NCBI GenBank assembly: GCA_030611045.1
Contig: JAUWQN010000002.1
Coordinates: forward strand, 1-54,650
DNA: 54,650 nt
Source of the DNA: Methanosarcinales archaeon
GTDB taxonomy: Archaea; Halobacteriota; Syntropharchaeia; Alkanophagales; Methanospirareceae
Direction: 5' to 3'
Shown: piece after piece, positions 39,623-49,082 of the stretch
How the letters are laid out: the number at the start of each line of letters is the position of its first letter
How positions within the stretch are numbered: position 1 is the stretch's first letter
The notes under the pieces: generated by a model
What the model saw: the letters and a program-made list of their open reading frames with translations, nothing else
Told to the model about the DNA's origin: nothing
Databases searched by the model: none
Program-made: the position numbers and the translations under genes

Positions 39623-39713
39623 TATCAATCTTCCTCCACATCTTTCTATGGTTTTGCTGCAAAATAAGGTTATCTCCTTCTCTTTATCAACCGTGCGTCC
39701 GGGACGGGAGAGT

Positions 39714-40490
39714 TCATGGCTTCCACCCCACAATTATACCATAGCCCACATGAGGGCTCTGGAAGATCTGCTCGGACGCTCGCACGCTTTTGAAGCCACT
39801 GATTCCCCACTTCTTAAGAACCTTGAGAAAGAATTTCAGCAGTCTTACAATCCCTATTTTCTTTTTTATCTCCTTCCCCCAGCCAGGGATTAAGTATGAC
39901 TTGTCTACCGTCACAACGCCCTTGAGCCCCGCTTTTTCAAACAACCCTTTCCAGCCGTCAAGTGCCTCTGGGCGCTCACCCTCTATTGCAGCAAGTTTTT
40001 GCTTTACGGACTCTGGGGTATCTTCCTTCCAGCAAATATCATGGATGCCCACATATCCTCCTGATTTTGCCACCTTCACCATTTCACTGATTGCGCGCTC
40101 CTTATCTAGGAGACAGGTCGTGCACTCTGAGATAACCGCATCAAAAGTATTCTCTTCGAACGGTAGATTATGAGCATCGCCCTGTTTGAACGCTACAGTC
40201 AACCCCCGCTCCTCTGATTTCCTTCGCGCCTTTTCAATCATATAATCGGAAACATCCACGCCCGTCATCTGACACCCAAACTTCTCGGCGAGGAAGCAGG
40301 CACTTTCGCCCGTTCCAGAGGATACATCAAGCACCGTTGTATCCTTACCAATATGGCAGAACTCCGCGAGTTCCTTTGTTATGTCCAACCCACCGGGATG
40401 GAGAACCTCTAACCCCAAATCTTCACCTTCAATAAGATTCTCTAAGGATGGACGACGTTTATTTTCTCTTGCCATACCATATCTTCGCAC
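39714..40490 (-). CDS. class I SAM-dependent methyltransferase
   Basis: VLDVSSGTGESACFLAEKFG (motif I), FDAVISE and a Methyltransf_11-like layout. An alternative ATG lies at 40475. Confidence 0.8.
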   Translation of the reverse strand: MRRYGMARENKRRPSLENLIEGEDLGLEVLHPGGLDITKELAEFCHIGKDTTVLDVSSGTGESACFLAEKFGCQMTGVDVSDYMIEKARRKSEERGLTVAFKQGDAHNLPFEENTFDAVISECTTCLLDKERAISEMVKVAKSGGYVGIHDICWKEDTPESVKQKLAAIEGERPEALDGWKGLFEKAGLKGVVTVDKSYLIPGWGKEIKKKIGIVRLLKFFLKVLKKWGISGFKSVRASEQIFQSPHVGYGIIVGWKP

Positions 40491-40525
40491 CTCCCTGTAT
40501 TTTGATTAATTGCATTTATCTCATC

Positions 40526-40969
40526 TTATGGCTCTAACAGTTCAAATCCTGTCTGATCATCAAAAATACGGCGTGCGCTTGAATCAATCAATTCAAAAAG
40601 GATAACCTCCATGATCTGCCAGACCTTCACACCCCTGCGCACACAGCCCGTTATCGTTTCGTCTCTTCGACCACTGGCGATATGCATGTGCAGGACCGGC
40701 TTGTGATCTTTATCAGGAAATATGGTTCCAACGCCTGCGATTTCATGGACATCGTCTAAAATATGCTCCATCGGTATAACCGGTGTACTTCTTCCTTCTT
40801 CGGGTCCGACTACCAGTTTGCTACCTTCGTCTGCGCCCCCAATCGCGATTAACGCTGCCGCTTCAATTGCGTGAATGCGAGCAAATTCTTCTATCTTTTC
40901 ATGAAGAATATCGCCGTCTTCGAGTCGGATAATAAAAGTCCGTCCTTGTTTTGCTTCCGAATATTTCAT
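40526..40969 (-). CDS. PPC (DUF296) domain protein
   Basis: RTFIIRLEDGDILHEKIEEFARIHAIEAAALIAIGGA is typical of the PPC/DUF296 family. Confidence 0.75.
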   Translation of the reverse strand: MKYSEAKQGRTFIIRLEDGDILHEKIEEFARIHAIEAAALIAIGGADEGSKLVVGPEEGRSTPVIPMEHILDDVHEIAGVGTIFPDKDHKPVLHMHIASGRRDETITGCVRRGVKVWQIMEVILFELIDSSARRIFDDQTGFELLEP

Positions 40970-41059
40970 TTGTAATTTAGCCCAAATGCAAGGGCTCCGA
41001 GTAACTAATATGTAAGATAACGTCTTTTTATTTATACCTTTTCCTCTTTATTCCTTATC

Positions 41060-41986
41060 ATGGATCTCATCTCAATCTTTGACCTCTCGCATGCGGAACT
41101 CGAAGCGATACTAAATAGAGCAGAAGTGCTGAAAAAAGAGCGAAGAGAAGGCGTAAAAACGAGAACTGACCTTGAAGGCAAGACCTTAGCACTGATCTTC
41201 GAGAAACCGTCCACACGCACCCGTGTCTCCTTTGAGGTTGCGATGCGGGAGTTAGGCGGGAACGTGCTCAGTCTAAATTGGAACGAACTCCAGTTGGGAA
41301 GAGGCGAACGAGTACAAGAGACGGCAAAGGTGCTTTCCTCTTACGTTGATGCAGTGATGATACGAGCATACCGACATGCTACGGTGGAGGAGTTTGCGCA
41401 CTATGCCTCGATTCCAGTGATAAATGGCTTAACTGATTTTGAGCATCCCTGTCAGACGCTGGCAGATCTAATGACGATACAGGAGTATAAGCAAAAATTT
41501 GCGGGTGTTAACGTCGCGTGGTTCGGTGACGGGAATAACGTATGCAACTCGCTCATCGGCGGGGCTGCACTTACAAGCATGAATCTGCGTGTAGCCTGTC
41601 CAAAGGGCTACGAGCCTGACGGAGGGATAGTAGATCGAGCGAAGAACATGGGCGGTGAAGTGCTTATAACGGCAAATGCAGAAGAAGCTGCTATTGATGC
41701 TGACGTGTTATACACTGACGTATGGGTGTCAATGGGTGACGAGGCAGAGCGTGAGCAACGAATGACGGATTTACAAATTTATCAGCTCAACGAAGATTTA
41801 GTGAAACGTGCGAAGGACGACGCAATAATACTGCACTGCATGCCGGTGCATATCGGTGAAGAAATGACAGAGGTAGTAATGAACTCTGTTAACTCAGTGA
41901 TATTTGAGCAAGCTGAGAATCGGCTTCATGCACAGAAAGCGCTCCTGTTACACTTGCTCTTCTCTACGAAAAGCCCTCTACTCTAA
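41060..41986 (+). CDS. argF: ornithine carbamoyltransferase
   Basis: FEKPSTRTRVSFEVAM, HPCQTLADL and HCMPVH motifs. Confidence 0.95.
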   Translation: MDLISIFDLSHAELEAILNRAEVLKKERREGVKTRTDLEGKTLALIFEKPSTRTRVSFEVAMRELGGNVLSLNWNELQLGRGERVQETAKVLSSYVDAVMIRAYRHATVEEFAHYASIPVINGLTDFEHPCQTLADLMTIQEYKQKFAGVNVAWFGDGNNVCNSLIGGAALTSMNLRVACPKGYEPDGGIVDRAKNMGGEVLITANAEEAAIDADVLYTDVWVSMGDEAEREQRMTDLQIYQLNEDLVKRAKDDAIILHCMPVHIGEEMTEVVMNSVNSVIFEQAENRLHAQKALLLHLLFSTKSPLL

Positions 41987-41987
41987 A

Positions 41988-42056
41988 CTAAAGGGAAAGG
42001 GTTTACCGAAATGGGCTTGCGCAACAAACTTTAGAAAAGTTTGGTTTGATCGAACA
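41988..42056 (+). repeat. conserved intergenic element, copy B, with perfect palindrome CAAACTTT-aga-AAAGTTTG (42025..42043), upstream of cdhC
   Basis: It aligns to 31081..31145 (TTTACCGAA and CAAACTTTAGAA blocks at identical spacing). It is followed by AAAAAGAACCTGCT (42063-42076), which resembles the core of the 3733/31035 element. Confidence 0.55.
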
Positions 42057-42110
42057 TTTTTTAAAAAGAACCTGCTTTAGAATATCTAAAGTAAAGTAAA
42101 TAAAAGAAAA

Positions 42111-43565
42111 ATGGGCGAACCAGAAGCGGATGAGGAGTACCCTTTTGATATAAGTCCTATGTATGAGGGTGAAAGGATAAGAAAGACGGATTTGTACGTG
42201 GAGTTAGGTGGACAAAGTAAACCCGGCTTCGAGCTTGTTCTCTTTGAACCTGATCCCGATAAGATAAATGATGGGGAGGTTAGCCTCATAGGACCTGACC
42301 TGGAGGAGATGGAGGAGGGCAGTACATATGCGTATGCAATGATATACAAGGTATATGGCGAGCAGATAGAAGAAGACCTTGAGGCGGTTATTGAGCGGAG
42401 GAATCATGAGTATCAGGGTTATATACAGGGCTATATGCACCTCAACCAAAGATCCGAAATTTGGGTAAGGATAAGCAAGGAGACGGTAAAGAAGGGACTG
42501 AAATCATTGAAACAGATAGGGAAAGCAACGATAATGCTTTTCAAGGCAGAACTGCCGTTTATCGAGAAGATGGAAGTGACCTACGTAACAGATGAGGACG
42601 AGGTGGTACGCAGGTTAGAAGAAGTGAAAAGGGTATATGAAGCGAGGGATGTGAAAGTGCGGGGACTTCATGATGAAGATGTGGACGAATTTTATCAGTG
42701 CACGCTTTGTCAGTCCTTTGCACCGACTAATGTTTGTGTAGTCACTCCTGATAGAACTGCCCTTTGCGGTGCAATGAACTGGTTTGATTCGAGAGCAGCA
42801 GCCCGGATTGACCCTGAGGGGCCTAATGCACCAATTCCAAAAGGAGAGTGCATAGACCCGATAGGCGGGGAGTATACCGGAGTAGATGATGCTGCAGTAC
42901 GGCTCTCAGGTGGCGAGTACGATTCTATAAAACTGCATTCGTTCCTTGAGCGGCCACATACAAGTTGTGGTTGTTTTGAGGTTGCGGGATTTTATATGCC
43001 GGAAGTTGACGGAATCGGATGGGTGCATCGTGGCTCGAAAGTTTCTGATACTCCTATCGGCCTGCCGTTCTCAAGTATTGCGAGTTCGGTAGGTGGAGGA
43101 AAGCAGGTAGAAGGTTTCCTTGGAATAGGAGTCCAATACTTCTACAGTCCCAAGTTTATACAATATGATGGTGGCTGGCGTCGTGTGGTCTGGATGGCTT
43201 CTGATTTAAAAGAGCGGGTAGGAGATGCCATTCTTGAGGAGATGCGCGGTAAGATAGCCACAGAGAAGGACGTGAAAAATATAGAAGAGCTGCGCGCATT
43301 CTTAAAGAAAGTTGACCATCCTGTTGTGAACGGTGTTACCCGTGATGTTGACGGTGCAAAAATAACGGAAGGATGGGCAGAAGCGGCAGAGGTAGCTCCT
43401 CCTGCTGAGATGGAAGAGGCTGTGCTTGGTGAAGCGGAACCCTTAACTCGCGTTCCTATTACGCAGATGATGGCCTCGGGAGTAGATTCCCCTATAAAGC
43501 TAATATTGAAGGACGCAGACATTCGCATAGGAAAAATAATAGTGAAGAGAAAAGGAGAGAAGTAG
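42111..43565 (+). CDS. cdhC: acetyl-CoA decarbonylase/synthase complex subunit beta (A-cluster acetyl-CoA synthase)
   Basis: YQCTLCQSFAPTNVCVVTPDRTALCGAMNWFDSRAAARIDPEGPN and HTSCGCFE are characteristic of CdhC/AcsB. Confidence 0.95.
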   Translation: MGEPEADEEYPFDISPMYEGERIRKTDLYVELGGQSKPGFELVLFEPDPDKINDGEVSLIGPDLEEMEEGSTYAYAMIYKVYGEQIEEDLEAVIERRNHEYQGYIQGYMHLNQRSEIWVRISKETVKKGLKSLKQIGKATIMLFKAELPFIEKMEVTYVTDEDEVVRRLEEVKRVYEARDVKVRGLHDEDVDEFYQCTLCQSFAPTNVCVVTPDRTALCGAMNWFDSRAAARIDPEGPNAPIPKGECIDPIGGEYTGVDDAAVRLSGGEYDSIKLHSFLERPHTSCGCFEVAGFYMPEVDGIGWVHRGSKVSDTPIGLPFSSIASSVGGGKQVEGFLGIGVQYFYSPKFIQYDGGWRRVVWMASDLKERVGDAILEEMRGKIATEKDVKNIEELRAFLKKVDHPVVNGVTRDVDGAKITEGWAEAAEVAPPAEMEEAVLGEAEPLTRVPITQMMASGVDSPIKLILKDADIRIGKIIVKRKGEK

Positions 43566-43637
43566 CGAGGATAAGTAAGCATCTTTTGTAAGGTGGGTGG
43601 GGTTTGATTAAACATAACAATGTGATAAGAGGTGGGA

Positions 43638-44714
43638 ATGACATCGACAGATGTAAGTAGGCTTCTGGCTCAGTACCAAACGCAGATAAACGAGCGTTTA
43701 GCATTTTACTTTGATAATAAGATAGAGGAAGCCTCTCGTATCTCTAATTACACTCAGGAAGTTGTAGCCAATGCGAAAGAGTACACCTTACGAGGTGGGA
43801 AAAGGCTCAGACCTATCTTCTGCATTTACGGTTATAAGTGTTTGAGTGATACTAATAGTGAAGCGATTATAGAAGCGTCCATCTCTCTTGAACTGATGCA
43901 GAGCTCTCTCTTAGTTCATGACGATATTATGGATGAAGACGAACTTCGGAGAGGCAAACAGACTTTTCATATCGTTTGCAAAGCGATGTGTGAACGCCAA
44001 TTTGGAAAGAACAAGTCCCACAAATTTGGCGAAAATATCGCGATCGTGGCGGGTGATTTGTTAGAGGCGTACGGCGAAGAGGTATTAGCGAGATCGTCGT
44101 TTAAAAGCGAATATGTCAAAAAGGCATTAGCTAAGTACGCGGAAATTGTTAAGAATGTGGGCTACGGCCAAATTTTAGACATCACCGCTGAGAGGAAAGG
44201 CAGTTTTACCGAGGATGAAATCCTGACGATCCATAAACTTAAGACTGCAAGTTATACCATAGAAGGGCCGCTTCACATTGGCGCTCTCTTAGCGGGGGCG
44301 GAAGAAGCGGATTTGCAGATTCTGAGTGACTATGGCATCCCCTTAGGTTTAGCATTCCAGATCCAGGATGATATATTGGGCTTATTTGGTTCGGAAGAAA
44401 AAACAGGCAAACCCGTTGGTTCAGACATTCGAGAAGGTAAAAAGACATTATTGATCTTACATGCTCTGGAAAGATGCACGGGAGACGAAAAAGAACTAAT
44501 CGTAAAAGCGTTGGGCAACGAGCGTGTTACCGTGGAGGAGATTGATGCTGTTAGAGATATTGTGCGAAAGACGGGTTCACTTGATTATTCAAAGAAATTG
44601 GTTGGAGAGATGACCGATAAAGCAGTTCAGGCTATAAAACCTTCTGATTTCAGAGCAGAAGCAAAGGAATCTCTTATAAATATTGCTGATTTTATAAGGG
44701 ATAGAGAGTACTAA
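43638..44714 (+). CDS. idsA: polyprenyl (geranylgeranyl) diphosphate synthase
   Basis: First Asp-rich motif LLVHDDIMDEDELRRG and second motif FQIQDDILG. Confidence 0.85.
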   Translation: MTSTDVSRLLAQYQTQINERLAFYFDNKIEEASRISNYTQEVVANAKEYTLRGGKRLRPIFCIYGYKCLSDTNSEAIIEASISLELMQSSLLVHDDIMDEDELRRGKQTFHIVCKAMCERQFGKNKSHKFGENIAIVAGDLLEAYGEEVLARSSFKSEYVKKALAKYAEIVKNVGYGQILDITAERKGSFTEDEILTIHKLKTASYTIEGPLHIGALLAGAEEADLQILSDYGIPLGLAFQIQDDILGLFGSEEKTGKPVGSDIREGKKTLLILHALERCTGDEKELIVKALGNERVTVEEIDAVRDIVRKTGSLDYSKKLVGEMTDKAVQAIKPSDFRAEAKESLINIADFIRDREY

Positions 44715-44828
44715 CGGACAATCATGCGGGACTCGTTGCTTTTTTTTAATGTTAACCTATCTGTTAGACTACGAACAAACTTCTTAGATTGAGGCTATTA
44801 TAGTATAGTAGTGGAGAAAGAAGTAGGA

Positions 44829-45413
44829 ATGAGATTGGTAGTAGGGGTAACGGGGGCAAGTGGCGCCATTTATGCAAAACGACTGTTAGAGGTACTAAAG
44901 GCAAAGAGCGTAGAGGTTGATTTGATCATCACATTACCTGCAGAATACATAATAAAAAACGAGCTCGGGCTTGCCTGTGAGGATTTATGCAATCTCGCAA
45001 CAGCCTGTTGGAACATCTCTGACATAGCAGCGGATGTTGCAAGCGGATCGCAGTTAAGAGACGGCATGGTGATACTTCCCTGCACTATGGATGCGGTTGC
45101 AAAGATGGCTCACGGTATCTCAGATAATCTGCTTTTACGCTGTTTTGACGTGATGTTGAAAGAAAATCGAAAGATAGTCGTCGTTCCCAGAGAGACCCCT
45201 TTACATGAGACACATCTGCAAAATTTGCTGCGGCTCAAGCGACTCGGTGTAACGATTATACCGCCGATGACTACATTTTATCACAAGCCCACATCTATAC
45301 TCGATTTGGTGGATTTTATAATCGCAAAAATCCTTGATCAATTTAATATACCACATACCTTGATCGAGCGCTGGAAAAAGCCTGGCCCGGAGGTGTGGGA
45401 AAAAGATGACTGA
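44829..45413 (+). CDS. ubiX: flavin prenyltransferase UbiX
   Basis: VVGVTGASGAIYAKRLLEVL, ASGSQLRDGMVILPCTMDAVAKMAHGISDNLLLRC and VVPRETPLH. Confidence 0.9.
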   Translation: MRLVVGVTGASGAIYAKRLLEVLKAKSVEVDLIITLPAEYIIKNELGLACEDLCNLATACWNISDIAADVASGSQLRDGMVILPCTMDAVAKMAHGISDNLLLRCFDVMLKENRKIVVVPRETPLHETHLQNLLRLKRLGVTIIPPMTTFYHKPTSILDLVDFIIAKILDQFNIPHTLIERWKKPGPEVWEKDD

Positions 45414-46236
45414 CATAGAGAAAAACTTGGTATTTGTCAAGCTCGGTGGTTCGCTTATTACCGAAAAGAATGCGCCTTATACGATAAACTACCAAGCAAT
45501 AACGCGAATTGTAAAAGAGCTAAAAGAGGCGATTGATAACGATCACCATTTGCAGTTATTAATTGGACATGGTGGTGGGTCTTTTCCGCATCCCGTTGCG
45601 CAATCCTTCAAAACAGCAGAGGGGTTTATCCAGGATACGAGCATACGCGGGTTTGCATTGTGTCAAAATGCAGCATCAACCTTAAATAGAATTCTCGTAG
45701 ATTTGATGGCGGATTACGCGATTAACGCGGTATCAATCCAACCTTCGGCATGCTGCGTAGCTACTGATGGCAGGATAACTGATTTTTTTACCCAACCAAT
45801 AGAAGCCTCTCTTGAGCATGGGCTCATTCCTGTTGTTTTTGGCGACTGTGTATTTGATACGGTAAAGGGTTGCACAATCGTATCTACGGAACAAATTTTT
45901 TCTTACTTAAGTAGCGCTCTACAGCCTTCACGAGTTCTGATTGTTGGATTAGTGGGTGGCGTGTACACCTCTGATCCGCAAAAGGATGAGAACGCGCAAT
46001 TCATTCCTACAATCGAGGTGGAAAAGTTCACCAGTATTGAATCTTATCTGGGCGGATCATATTCCGTTGATGTTACTGGTGGTATGGCAACAAAAGTCAA
46101 GGAGCTGATCGAACTTGCGAGGAGGGGTATTGAATGTGAAATTCTGAGTGGAGCGTCAGGAAATATAACGAAAGCATTGGCTGGGCAGAGGGGATTAGGA
46201 ACAATTATAAAACCAGCCAACACGGCTAAGAGATAA
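45406..46236 (+). CDS. ipk: isopentenyl phosphate kinase (amino-acid-kinase fold)
   Basis: VFVKLGGSLITEK, IGHGGGSFPH and DVTGGMATKV. It overlaps the ubiX end by 8 nt. Confidence 0.8.
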   Translation: MTDIEKNLVFVKLGGSLITEKNAPYTINYQAITRIVKELKEAIDNDHHLQLLIGHGGGSFPHPVAQSFKTAEGFIQDTSIRGFALCQNAASTLNRILVDLMADYAINAVSIQPSACCVATDGRITDFFTQPIEASLEHGLIPVVFGDCVFDTVKGCTIVSTEQIFSYLSSALQPSRVLIVGLVGGVYTSDPQKDENAQFIPTIEVEKFTSIESYLGGSYSVDVTGGMATKVKELIELARRGIECEILSGASGNITKALAGQRGLGTIIKPANTAKR

Positions 46237-46273
46237 AGCTATAAAAAAACATGACATAATAAAAACACGGAAG

Positions 46274-47548
46274 ATGGAGAAGAAGCTAACCTTAGCGGAT
46301 TTAGCAAGGATATTGGAGCAGTATGATGTGGTAGAGTTGGAGGATGTAACGATAAAAGGCGAAGTCGAATTAGAATTGGGGTCATCAGCAGGTTTGGCAC
46401 TCCCTCCTGTGCTCGCTCAAGCACTGCAGTCCTTGATGGGAGTTCGAGAGAGACCCGAAACTCTTGAGGCGAAAAAGATAGAGGCGTTGCTACCTGCGAC
46501 ATTTAAGGTTGCAAAAGCCGAATGGGCGGGAGAGATAGAAGAAGTTACCATCGGTGCGACGTCGGCGGATGGAGGTACAAGGGAGCGAACGGTAACAATA
46601 GGCGGCGAGAAATCCCTGCCTTTCTACAATTTCGACGCTCAAATGCCGCATCCACCGGTAATTTCCGTGGATTGTTTTGATATGCCCATTCCCTTAGCGA
46701 AAGCGGTGAGAGAATATTATGGAGATGTGATGGAAGATCCCGGGGAATGGGCGAAGAAGAACGTCCGCGAATTTGGTGCTGATATGGTTACCATTCATCT
46801 TATAAGCACAGATCCAACGATAAAGGATACGCCAGCAAGGGCAGCGGCAAGGACCGTAGAGGAAGTGCTGCAAGCGGTAAAGGTTCCTATCGTCATCGGT
46901 GGGTCAGGCAATCCGGATAAAGATCCTGAGGTGCTGGAGGCAGCAGCAGAGGCTGCAGAGGGTGAGCGATGTTTAATTGCATCGGCAAACCTGAACATGG
47001 ATTACGAGCGAATAGCAAAAGCAGCACTGAAACACGGGCATGTTATCCTTTCGTGGACGCAGCTTGACATAAACGCACAGAAGACATTGAACCGGTATTT
47101 GTTCAAACTGGGTGTGCCGAGGGAAGATATAGTAATAGACCCCACAACAGCAGCACTTGGTTATGGTCTGGATTACGCATTCACGAATATAGAACGGATG
47201 AGAATATCAGCATTGAAAGGCGATACCGATTTGGCGTTCCCTATCTCTTGTGGTATCACCAATGCGTGGGGGGCGAGGGAAGCGTGGATGAAGGATTCGC
47301 CCAGTAAAGAGGATTCAGATTGGGGTCCTGCGGCGTATAGAGGCCAGATGTATGAGATCCTAACAGGCTTGACATTAGGACTCGCAGGCGGCGATATGTT
47401 TATGATGATGCATCCAAATGCTGCGAGTACCGTCAAGAAGGTAACACAGACGCTGTTCGGGGCGAAAGTAAAAGAGGATAAAGCTAAAAGAGTAGCGATA
47501 GAAGACTGGGTCACGTGGGATGCAGAGGTAGGAGCGTTAAAAAAATGA
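46274..47548 (+). CDS. cdhD: acetyl-CoA decarbonylase/synthase complex subunit delta (corrinoid Fe-S protein small subunit)
   Basis: 424 aa with a TIM-barrel-like CdhD pattern (GADMVTIHLISTDP, VPIVIGGSGNPDKD). It makes an ATGA overlap with cdhE. Confidence 0.9.
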   Translation: MEKKLTLADLARILEQYDVVELEDVTIKGEVELELGSSAGLALPPVLAQALQSLMGVRERPETLEAKKIEALLPATFKVAKAEWAGEIEEVTIGATSADGGTRERTVTIGGEKSLPFYNFDAQMPHPPVISVDCFDMPIPLAKAVREYYGDVMEDPGEWAKKNVREFGADMVTIHLISTDPTIKDTPARAAARTVEEVLQAVKVPIVIGGSGNPDKDPEVLEAAAEAAEGERCLIASANLNMDYERIAKAALKHGHVILSWTQLDINAQKTLNRYLFKLGVPREDIVIDPTTAALGYGLDYAFTNIERMRISALKGDTDLAFPISCGITNAWGAREAWMKDSPSKEDSDWGPAAYRGQMYEILTGLTLGLAGGDMFMMMHPNAASTVKKVTQTLFGAKVKEDKAKRVAIEDWVTWDAEVGALKK

Positions 47549-48945
47549 AACTGAGCAGCCCAATGGAGATCTGGAAGTATCTTCCAGGGACGAATTGTGG
47601 TGAGTGTGGTGAGAAAACGTGCTTGGCTTTCGCATCGCATCTGAAAGAGCGGAGTACGAGATTAGAGGAGTGCACACCACTATTTGAAGATGAAAAATAC
47701 GCGGATAAAGGGAAGCAGTTAGCGGAATTGTTAGCGCCTGAAATACGAGAAATAGAGATAGGGGTGGGTGCACGAGCGGCGAAAATAGGTGGAGAAGATG
47801 TCATGTACCGCCACGAACTCACGTTCTACAACCGAACAGCACTTGCTTATGACGTATGGGACACTATGGAAGAGGGTGAACTGAGAGAGCGGGTACGTAG
47901 GATAACGAATTGGCGGAAATTTTACGTTGGCGAATTTCTGACCTTAGATGCGATTGCAGTTCGTTCCGTATCGGGGGATGCACGAACGTTTGCAGCATGT
48001 GTGAAGGCGGTGGCAGAAGAAACAGATTTACCGCTGGTGCTTTGTTCATTCGATGCGAAGGTACTGGAAGAAGGTTTAAAGGTGGTTGCGGATAAGAATC
48101 CACTGCTCTACGCCGCGGACAAAACCAATTGGAAAGAGGTTCTGGAACTTGTTAAAAGCTATAACGTTCCTGTTACGTTGTTTTCGCCAGACCTCGATAT
48201 GCTTAATAGTCTCGCTTTGACATTCTCTTCCGCAGGCGTAGAGGATCTCGTATTGGACCCGGGGGTCTCTCCAGCAGGGGAGTGGCTTGCGGATACCTTC
48301 TCCAAGTTTGTACGGATAAGGCGTGTGGGAATAGAAGAAGGAGATAAAGAAGTTGCCTATCCTTTGATGTCCGTGCCGATGACCGCATGGATGATTCATG
48401 GCGATGCGTTGGATGCTTCGTATTGGGAAGCTGTTCTCGCAGCCATGGGTATCATAAAATACGCAGATATAATGATTTTACACTCGATAGAGCCACATTC
48501 GTTGATCGCAGAGCGTACGCTTGTCGAAAATATATACACGGACCCGAGACGTCCGGTAAGCGTAGAGCCAGGATTGAGGGAGGTAGGGACGCCAACGGGG
48601 CACTCACCTCTTTTCCTAACTACTAATTTCGCGTTGACATATTATACGGTGGAGAGCGATCTCAGCTCTAACAAAATTGATTCCTATTTAATAGTGGTGG
48701 ACAGTGAGGGGATAGGAGTAGAAGCAGCAGTTGCAGGCGAGCAACTCACTGCAGAGAGAATAAAAGAGACGCTGGAATCGTATGAAGCGGAAAATAAGGT
48801 GGAGCATAAGACGCTGGTAATTCCTGGCCTTGCAGCGAGACTCTCTGGTGAGACTGAAGATGCTACCGGCTGGACCGTGCTGGTCGGCCCGCGAGACAGT
48901 GGCAGGATCCCGGGCTGGATGGATGATAATTGGCCGCCGGAATAG
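47545..48945 (+). CDS. cdhE: acetyl-CoA decarbonylase/synthase complex subunit gamma (corrinoid Fe-S protein large subunit)
   Basis: N-terminal LPGTNCGECGEKTCLAFASHL [4Fe-4S] motif. ATG 47545 overlaps the cdhD TGA (47546-47548). Confidence 0.9.
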   Translation: MKLSSPMEIWKYLPGTNCGECGEKTCLAFASHLKERSTRLEECTPLFEDEKYADKGKQLAELLAPEIREIEIGVGARAAKIGGEDVMYRHELTFYNRTALAYDVWDTMEEGELRERVRRITNWRKFYVGEFLTLDAIAVRSVSGDARTFAACVKAVAEETDLPLVLCSFDAKVLEEGLKVVADKNPLLYAADKTNWKEVLELVKSYNVPVTLFSPDLDMLNSLALTFSSAGVEDLVLDPGVSPAGEWLADTFSKFVRIRRVGIEEGDKEVAYPLMSVPMTAWMIHGDALDASYWEAVLAAMGIIKYADIMILHSIEPHSLIAERTLVENIYTDPRRPVSVEPGLREVGTPTGHSPLFLTTNFALTYYTVESDLSSNKIDSYLIVVDSEGIGVEAAVAGEQLTAERIKETLESYEAENKVEHKTLVIPGLAARLSGETEDATGWTVLVGPRDSGRIPGWMDDNWPPE

Positions 48946-49082
48946 TTAGCAAGAAAATCCCAATGAGTAAATACTACCAAATCCCAAAAAAGAAGGAAAA
49001 GCAAAAAGATGTGAAATTGGTAGTATTGATATATATTGAGATTTGGGGTTTTTAAAGGTGCAAAACAAAACACTCCTGAAAA

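Noticed and set aside
39623-39733. Longer start for the nitroreductase (MWGGSHELSRPG...).
   Set aside because: The extension overlaps the end of the methyltransferase gene and has no family similarity. MLDILRKRRSVR at 39622 is the typical family N-terminus.
47515-47544. Longer N-terminal start for cdhE (MGCRGRSVKK...).
   Set aside because: It would overlap cdhD by 34 nt. The ATG at 47545 forms a classic ATGA stop/start overlap and gives the conserved MKLSSPMEIWKYLPGTNCGEC N-terminus.
48955-49050. Imperfect inverted repeat after cdhE. AATACTACCAA at 48970-48980 pairs with TTGGTAGTATT at 49017-49027, and there are repeated AAATCCCAA words.
   Set aside because: It is a single 11-bp stem with a 36-nt loop in AT-rich sequence. 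The flanking complementarity is weak and nothing distinguishes it from chance or a simple terminator.
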